Below, in pieces: positions 57,053 to 62,454 of a stretch of 62,454 bases of DNA. The notes beneath the pieces were generated by a model that worked only from the letters and a program-made list of their open reading frames with translations, ran no database searches and was not told where the DNA came from. The first letter of the stretch is position 1. Each line of letters begins with the position of its first letter. This DNA comes from Candidatus Woesearchaeota archaeon (lineage in GTDB: Archaea > Nanobdellota > Nanobdellia > SCGC-AAA011-G17 > PNOQ01): assembly GCA_964448715.1 (NCBI GenBank), contig CAYUWX010000001.1:1-62454 (forward strand), given 5' to 3'. The position numbers and the translations under genes are program-made.

Positions 57053-58131
57053 GTGAAGTAGTAAAAAAAATTAAGGAAACTGCAACTAAAGTTCAAAATA
57101 AAATAAATAAAAAAACTAAACCAGAAGTAGCCATACCAATTAGATCTTTAAAAAATGTTAATTATGATCCTAAGGTAGGATATTTTGAATTAAAAGGTGC
57201 TAAAAAAATTAGGGCACTAACAGTAAATACAATAAAATCTTTTGCCCAAACTCTAAAAATGATGGGGCTTTCTAAAGATGTTGTTGAAAACAATGATATG
57301 GCAACAAAGAGAGAAGCATATTATGTTTCTAAAAATTGGAAAGATGCAAGATTTAAAGAACAAGCAGAATCAGATGCAGTAATGGACGATATTGAAGCAA
57401 TGTTCATGGTTAATAGGGAGCAATTAGGATTTATTCCGGAAGAAAAAGGAGGAGATATTGCAGGAAAATTAGTAGTAATTGATAAAGATCCAACAACAAA
57501 AAAAGAAATTAAAATAGATTGTACAAAATTTGGTTCAGGTGCATATTCCATTCCTTCAGTAGTAGAGCATTTAAAATTCAAAACAGATGCAAAATTCATT
57601 TTAGCAATTGAAACAGCAGGTATGTTTCAAAGATTAGTTAAACATAATTATTGGAAAACTGCAAATTGTATTTTAATATCTATGGGTGGAGTCCCAACAA
57701 GAGCATGTAGAAGATTTATTAGAAGATTGGCAGATGATAAAAAATTACCAGTTTATGTATTTACAGATGGAGACCCATACGGATATATGTCAATATATAG
57801 GACTCTAAAAGTAGGTTCAGGAAATGCAGCACATATCAATAAATATTTTTGTGTTCCTCAAGCAAAATTTTTAGGAGTTACACCTTATGATATTGAAGAA
57901 TATAAATTACCTACTCATCCTTTAAAAGATGTGGATAAGAAAAAAATTAAAGACGTTCTAAAAAATGATCCATTTGTAAAACAACATAAAGAATGGGAAA
58001 AAGCATTAAGAAAAATGCAAAAATTAGGGCAAAGGGCAGAACAACAAGCATTAGCAGCATGGGGATTAAATTATGTTATGGAAAAGTACCTACCTGACAA
58101 AATAAAAGATATTAAAAAATTCTTACCATAA
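57049..58131 (+). CDS. top6A: DNA topoisomerase VI subunit A (Spo11-like)
   Basis: Catalytic Tyr context (REAYYVS), Toprim ([16 protein letters not shown]). Confidence 0.9.
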   Translation: MSEVVKKIKETATKVQNKINKKTKPEVAIPIRSLKNVNYDPKVGYFELKGAKKIRALTVNTIKSFAQTLKMMGLSKDVVENNDMATKREAYYVSKNWKDARFKEQAESDAVMDDIEAMFMVNREQLGFIPEEKGGDIAGKLVVIDKDPTTKKEIKIDCTKFGSGAYSIPSVVEHLKFKTDAKFILAIETAGMFQRLVKHNYWKTANCILISMGGVPTRACRRFIRRLADDKKLPVYVFTDGDPYGYMSIYRTLKVGSGNAAHINKYFCVPQAKFLGVTPYDIEEYKLPTHPLKDVDKKKIKDVLKNDPFVKQHKEWEKALRKMQKLGQRAEQQALAAWGLNYVMEKYLPDKIKDIKKFLP

Positions 58132-58171
58132 TAATAAAGTTTATAAATAAAATTAATTCACATTTCTTTAT

Positions 58172-58246
58172 GCCTCGGTAGCTTAGTCTGGTTCGAGCAG
58201 TCGGCTGTTAACCGACCGGTCGCAGGTTCAAATCCTGCTCGAGGCG
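58172..58246 (+). tRNA. tRNA-Asn (anticodon GUU)
   Basis: Folded by hand: acceptor GCCTCGG/TCGAGGC, anticodon stem GTCGG/CCGAC, loop CTGTTAA, T-arm GCAGG-TTCAAAT-CCTGC, discriminator G. A TATA-like gtttataaata lies about 25 nt upstream. Confidence 0.9.
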
Positions 58247-58247
58247 T

Positions 58248-58579
58248 TCATTTTCTAATATAATTTTTTACAGATTTAACAATTTTATTGCCTGCCTCAT
58301 AACCTACTCTAATATATGCACCATAAATTAACAATTCACTAGTATCTCCAACAAATGGACCCTCATAATTAACATTTTGCAAAGACGTTGCTAAACTTAT
58401 AACCCTTTACTAAATTCAAGATTAACTTTAGGATTTTTTGAAACTAATTTTTTATTACTTTCAAGAAAAAGATCATCAAAATTAAGAATGCCTCCTATAA
58501 TGCCAATAACACCACCTATACAACAACTACTAATCATTTTACTGCCCTCAATATCCATTAATAAATCACTTAGTTCCAT
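58248..58579 (-). pseudogene. Two adjacent small ORFs in different frames, possibly one frameshifted gene
   Basis: ORF a runs 58579-58397 (MELSDLLMDIEGSKMISSCCIGGVIGIIGG...EFSKGL*). An ATG-less open frame runs 58406-58248 (...LQNVNYEGPFVGDTSELLIYGAYIRVGYEAGNKIVKSVKNYIRK*). The frames overlap by 10 nt. Confidence 0.3.
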
Positions 58580-58580
58580 T

Positions 58581-59798
58581 TTAAATCCAATAATTTCCTC
58601 TAATAATAGTTTGATTTCTTTCGGGACCAACAGAAATATCTATGAGGACATCCAATAATTTTTCTAATCTATCTACATAGTTTCTTGCATTTTCAGGTAA
58701 TTCATTCATTTTTTTACATGAACTTATATCTTCTTTCCAACCAGGCAAAGTTTCATAATGTGGAGTTAATTTTCTTAAACTCGGTGCATCAGCAACATAT
58801 CCACTTATTTTAGAACCATTTTCATAATATGTTGCAATTTTCAAATTATCTAATCCACTTAACACATCTAATTTTGTTAATATGAGATTTTCAATACCAT
58901 TTGTTCTTATAGAATGTTTTACTAAAGGAACATCAAACCATCCACATCTTCTAGGTCTTCTAGTAGTAGCACCATATTCTCGTCCATTTTCCCTTAAATA
59001 ATCTCTAATTTCTCCGTCTATTTGAGTGACTAAAGGTCCTGCACCATTTTTATCTACTCGAGTAACATATGCTTTTGCAATACCAACAACTTTATCTATA
59101 AATTTATGTGAAACACCAGTCCCAGTTAAAATTCCGCCAACACCTGTATTAGAACTAGTACTTTCAGGATATTGGCCTAAATCTATATCCAATCCAATAG
59201 CTTGTGCACCTTCAAATAAAATATTTTTACCATTTTCTTTAGCTAAATATAATTCAAATGAAGTATCTTCGATTAAATCAGATAAATCACTATGTTTTTC
59301 TAAAAAATATTGATATGATTCAAGGTTTTGTCTTGCATCTAAATCAAATTTATCAAATTTTTTATTTAAAATATCATAAAATCTTAATCCAAATTTTCTA
59401 GATTTATCTCCATAACAAGGGGCAATTCCTTTTCCAGTTCCACTTTCACTTTTTGAATAATCAATATGTTTAGGTAAAACCATATGGGCACCAGAATCAA
59501 TACTTAGATTTTCTTTTACAGGAAAACCCTCTTTCTCTAAACCTTCAATTTCTTCTTTCAATGTAACGGGGTTGATAACCATGCCTCTGCCCATAATACA
59601 TTTTTTACCTCTAACAATTCCGGAAGGGATTTGATGGAGAATCACCTCTTTTTCTCCAACAGTAATAGTATGTCCTGCATTAGCACCGCCTTGATATCTA
59701 ACAACATAATCTGCTTTTTCAGATAAGAAATCAACTATCTTTCCTTTGCCCTCATCACCGTACTGAGTTCCGATAACTGCAATGGATTTTCCTTTCAT
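58581..59798 (-). CDS. purA: Adenylosuccinate synthetase
   Basis: GTQYGDEGKGKIVD, GGANAGHT, TTRRPRRCGWFD. Confidence 0.9.
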   Translation of the reverse strand: MKGKSIAVIGTQYGDEGKGKIVDFLSEKADYVVRYQGGANAGHTITVGEKEVILHQIPSGIVRGKKCIMGRGMVINPVTLKEEIEGLEKEGFPVKENLSIDSGAHMVLPKHIDYSKSESGTGKGIAPCYGDKSRKFGLRFYDILNKKFDKFDLDARQNLESYQYFLEKHSDLSDLIEDTSFELYLAKENGKNILFEGAQAIGLDIDLGQYPESTSSNTGVGGILTGTGVSHKFIDKVVGIAKAYVTRVDKNGAGPLVTQIDGEIRDYLRENGREYGATTRRPRRCGWFDVPLVKHSIRTNGIENLILTKLDVLSGLDNLKIATYYENGSKISGYVADAPSLRKLTPHYETLPGWKEDISSCKKMNELPENARNYVDRLEKLLDVLIDISVGPERNQTIIRGNYWI

Positions 59799-59898
59799 TA
59801 GAAAAATAGTAAATGCATTTTTATTTATAATAATTTGTTAACTTCTAAATACATATAATAGTTAATTTTATAAAAGTAAATCTTACTTCTTTTTTTAT

Positions 59899-59972
59899 GG
59901 CCTGGTAGCTTAGCCTGGTGGAGCACTCGACTGATAATCGAGAGGTCGTCGGTTCAAATCCGATCCAGGCCA
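59899..59972 (+). tRNA. tRNA-Ile (anticodon GAU)
   Basis: Folded by hand: acceptor GGCCTGG/CCAGGCC, anticodon stem CTCGA/TCGAG, loop CTGATAA, T-arm GTCGG-TTCAAAT-CCGAT, discriminator A. Confidence 0.9.
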
Positions 59973-59973
59973 T

Positions 59974-60300
59974 TCATCCAATTCTAGATCCAGATTCTAT
60001 ATCCTTATCAACAGTTACTAAAACAACATTTTCTTTAGAATCATCTGAAGCAGCTAATAACATACCTTCGCTCTTTACACCACGTAACTCTGTAGGTTCC
60101 AAATTAGCAATTACAATAATTTTTTTACCAACTAATTCTTCTTTAGAATAATGATTTTTTATTCCCGCAACCAAAGTTTTTTCTTCATCTCCAACTTTAA
60201 TTTTTAGAACATACAATTTATCTGCATTAGGATGGTCTTCAACGTCTAAGATTTCTGCTACTCTAAAATCAATTTTTCCAAAATCACCTATCGATATCAT
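59974..60300 (-). CDS. Stand-alone tRNA-binding domain protein (Trbp111 / MetRS C-terminal domain-like)
   Basis: FGKIDFRVAEILDVEDHPNADKLYVLKIKVGDEEKTLVAGI...LRGVKSEGMLLAA is the OB-fold tRNA-binding domain. Its ATG overlaps the metG stop (ATGA). Confidence 0.8.
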   Translation of the reverse strand: MISIGDFGKIDFRVAEILDVEDHPNADKLYVLKIKVGDEEKTLVAGIKNHYSKEELVGKKIIVIANLEPTELRGVKSEGMLLAASDDSKENVVLVTVDKDIESGSRIG

Positions 60301-61757
60301 TCTATTTTTTTAAATAACACCCCTTCTTTTTTAATTTTATAATTATTTACTAATCCAAATTTAACATCTTTTATATTTCCAAGTTTAACACCAAGTTGTT
60401 TATTTATTTTTTCAACACCTGAAGGTATAAAAGGTTGGATTAATATACTAATTACTCTCAAACTTTCTAATAAATTATATAAAACAATATCTCTATTTTT
60501 TTCATTTTTCCAAGGTTCTTTTTCATTAATATATTTATTCGAAGAACGAATAAATTTCCAGATTTCTTCTAATGCAAAATGTATTTCAAAATTAGACATA
60601 TATTTTTCTACTTTTCCTAAATCTAATTCCTTAAATAAACCATCATTTTTACATTTACTTAATTTTCCATCAAAATATTTTTCACATAAAGTTAAGGTTC
60701 TACTAACAAGATTTCCAAGATCATTTGCAAGTTCATTATTTAAACTATTTTTTAACTTAATTTCATTAAAATCCCCATCATCTCCAAAAGGAATATTTTT
60801 CAATAAGTGATATCTAAGTGAATCAACTCCATATGTTCCAGAAAGATAAACTGGGTCCAAAACATTTCCAAGACTCTTTCCCATTTTTTCACCATTTACT
60901 GTAAAAAAACCATGGATAAATAATGTTTTAGGTAACTTTTTCCCTAATGCCAATAATAAAGCTGGCCAAATAGTTGCATGAACTCTTAAAATATCTTTAG
61001 CCATTAGTTGAACATCTACAGGCCAATATTTTTTTTCTTTTTTTAATCCACTAATATAATTCCAAAATGCATCCACCCAAACAAAACAAGTATGATCTTT
61101 ATCAAATGGTAATTCGATACCCCAAGAAACTTTTTTCTTTAATCTAGAAATGGATATATCCTGTAGACCACCTCTAATAAAAGATAAAACTTCATTCCTT
61201 TTAGTCATTGGAAGTATTTCAAATTTTCCAGATTTAATTAAATCATAAAGTTCATCTTGAAATGAAGAAAGTTTAAACATATAGCTTTCTTCTTTTCTAA
61301 TTTCAGGTTCCTTTTTATGTAATGGACATTTCCTATCAACTAAATCACTTTTAGTTAAATATTGTTCACATCCGACACAATAACTAGATTCATATTCTCC
61401 TTTGTAAATTAATTTTTTGTCATATAATTTTTGTAAAATTTCTTTAACTTCTTTTTCATGATATTTATCTGTAGTTCTAACAAAATTATTATTAGAAATA
61501 TCTAAAGTTTTGAAAACCTCTTTAAATTTTTTAGAAATTTCATCTACAAATATTTTAGGATCTTTATTTTCTTTTTCAGCACTCTCTTGTATTTTTTGAC
61601 CGTGTTCATCAGTTCCAGTTAAGAAAAAAACATCTTTTCCTAAAAGCTTGTTCCATCTAGCAATGGCATCTGCTGCAATTGTAGTATATACTGAACCAAT
61701 ATGAGGTACAGAATTTGCATAATATATTGGAGTTGTAATATAAAATTTCTTTGTCAT
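60297..61757 (-). CDS. metG: Methionyl-tRNA synthetase (catalytic core plus anticodon-binding domain only)
   Basis: TTPIYYANSVPHIGS (HIGH region), KMGKSLGN, and the zinc knuckle CVGCEQY...CPLH. 486 aa, without the C-terminal tRNA-binding domain. Confidence 0.9.
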   Translation of the reverse strand: MTKKFYITTPIYYANSVPHIGSVYTTIAADAIARWNKLLGKDVFFLTGTDEHGQKIQESAEKENKDPKIFVDEISKKFKEVFKTLDISNNNFVRTTDKYHEKEVKEILQKLYDKKLIYKGEYESSYCVGCEQYLTKSDLVDRKCPLHKKEPEIRKEESYMFKLSSFQDELYDLIKSGKFEILPMTKRNEVLSFIRGGLQDISISRLKKKVSWGIELPFDKDHTCFVWVDAFWNYISGLKKEKKYWPVDVQLMAKDILRVHATIWPALLLALGKKLPKTLFIHGFFTVNGEKMGKSLGNVLDPVYLSGTYGVDSLRYHLLKNIPFGDDGDFNEIKLKNSLNNELANDLGNLVSRTLTLCEKYFDGKLSKCKNDGLFKELDLGKVEKYMSNFEIHFALEEIWKFIRSSNKYINEKEPWKNEKNRDIVLYNLLESLRVISILIQPFIPSGVEKINKQLGVKLGNIKDVKFGLVNNYKIKKEGVLFKKIE

Positions 61758-61798
61758 ATATTTGTCTTAAATAAGATGTTTATAAAATTTATGAAATG

Positions 61799-61811
61799 CT
61801 CCCGCCGGGAG
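61799..61811. promoter_or_regulatory. Perfect 6+1+6 GC-rich palindrome CTCCCG-C-CGGGAG
   Basis: Lies between the TATA-like elements of divergent metG and the ORF at 61873. It is the only G/C-rich block in this spacer. Confidence 0.3.
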
Positions 61812-61872
61812 TTATACATTATCCCCCCAAAAGTATACATAAACTTAAAAGTGAAATATTCTTCCCCAAAAC

Positions 61873-62454
61873 ATGGTTGTAAGTAAAGAATCATACAAAA
61901 AAAGGAAGAAAATATTCATAAAAGACGACTCAATAAAAGAGGATTATAAAGATAGTTTTCTAGAGTTTCTAAGTGATTTCGAGAACGGATTAAACCTCCC
62001 TAAGAACATCACTCCTAAGGGTCCAAGAAAGCCAGGAACCTTACTGAAGTATCTAAATAGATGTCACCCCTTCTTGAAATATATTCAAGATAAAATGCCT
62101 CTTAAAGAATTTGCACATTCTCTAAACGGTAACCTAGGAACAACAGAAAAAGAAAGAAAAGCCACAATAAAAGAAAATAAGAAAAAGATTAGAAATACTA
62201 AACTCACAGTCAAAGAATATTTTGATAATATAGGGAGAGCAGGAAAGAAAACATCCACAGACCTTAAAGTAATAAAAGGTTGGTGGCATTGGTTTATGAG
62301 AACTAAAGTAGATGAAGGCTTATTATTAATTGATTATTTTGAAGACATAGGAACTGAAGAAGATAGTCCTAAATTTGTTTTAGTAAATAAAGAAGATCTT
62401 GACAAATTAATAGAATACAAGAAAAAAGATGCCAATGGGAAAGAAGAATTTGTT
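61873..62454 (+). CDS. Open-ended ORF, possibly the N-terminal part of an integrase/recombinase-like protein
   Basis: Absent from the track because there is no stop before the window end. 194 codons open from ATG 61873: MVVSKESYKKRKKIFIKDDSIKEDYKDSFLEFLSDFENG...GTLLKYLNRCHPFLKYI... The helical, basic sequence is reminiscent of SAM-like N-domains of tyrosine recombinases. This assignment is weak. Confidence 0.35.
   Translation, partial: MVVSKESYKKRKKIFIKDDSIKEDYKDSFLEFLSDFENGLNLPKNITPKGPRKPGTLLKYLNRCHPFLKYIQDKMPLKEFAHSLNGNLGTTEKERKATIKENKKKIRNTKLTVKEYFDNIGRAGKKTSTDLKVIKGWWHWFMRTKVDEGLLLIDYFEDIGTEEDSPKFVLVNKEDLDKLIEYKKKDANGKEEFV

Noticed and set aside
553-58131. Inteins in polC, pol, mcm, top6, rfc and cdc48
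   Set aside because: All have ordinary lengths. The catalytic motifs are contiguous with no intervening ~150-500-aa block carrying intein splicing motifs.
59918-60151. 77-aa plus-strand ORF
   Set aside because: It starts inside tRNA-Ile and runs antisense to the well-supported tRNA-binding-domain gene.
61701-61886. 61-aa plus-strand ORF across the metG start
   Set aside because: It is antisense to the metG N-terminus and spans the intergenic promoter. The real downstream gene starts at 61873 in another frame.

Overview
This 62.5-kb window is a very AT-rich, gene-dense stretch of archaeal chromosome. Hallmark archaeal genes include PolD DP1/DP2, Orc1/Cdc6, MCM, RFC large and small subunits, family-B polymerase, FEN1, Topo VI A/B, TBP, aIF1A, aIF2-beta, LonB and Cdc48. 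Short spacers, frequent ATGA start/stop overlaps and small proteins suggest a reduced-genome, possibly DPANN-like, archaeon; that lineage call is inference only. About 80% of the window is housekeeping: six replication clusters, five aminoacyl-tRNA synthetases (argS, serS, ileS, metG and a partial AsnA-like gene), three tRNA genes (Lys-CUU, Asn-GUU, Ile-GAU) and translation factors. A textbook archaeal oriC lies upstream of the cdc6-DP1-DP2 operon at 6733-7168, with inverted ORB-like boxes flanking an A/T-only unwinding tract. The main accessory region is about 13.46-17.48 kb. It holds two convergent paralogous coiled-coil/winged-helix genes and a serine recombinase, plus three further exact repeat families. 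Each paralogue carries its own helically phased (11/22 bp) DNA box array inside its linker-coding segment. The same DNA box is read in all three reading frames, so the repeats appear to be maintained at the DNA level (iteron-, centromere- or contingency-like) rather than the protein level. I consider this the best candidate for an undescribed system, possibly an integrated plasmid- or virus-like element. Other points are listed under findings: a bacterial-type metK, a split MetRS, an identical C-terminal Y-M-G tail on Cdc48 and a PAC2 protein, an unannotated 48-aa zinc-ribbon gene, a secreted/membrane protein cluster at 41.9-45.9 kb, and several GC-rich palindromes in divergent promoters. No rRNA genes, CRISPR arrays or inteins were seen. 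All family assignments come from motif recognition by eye; no searches were run.
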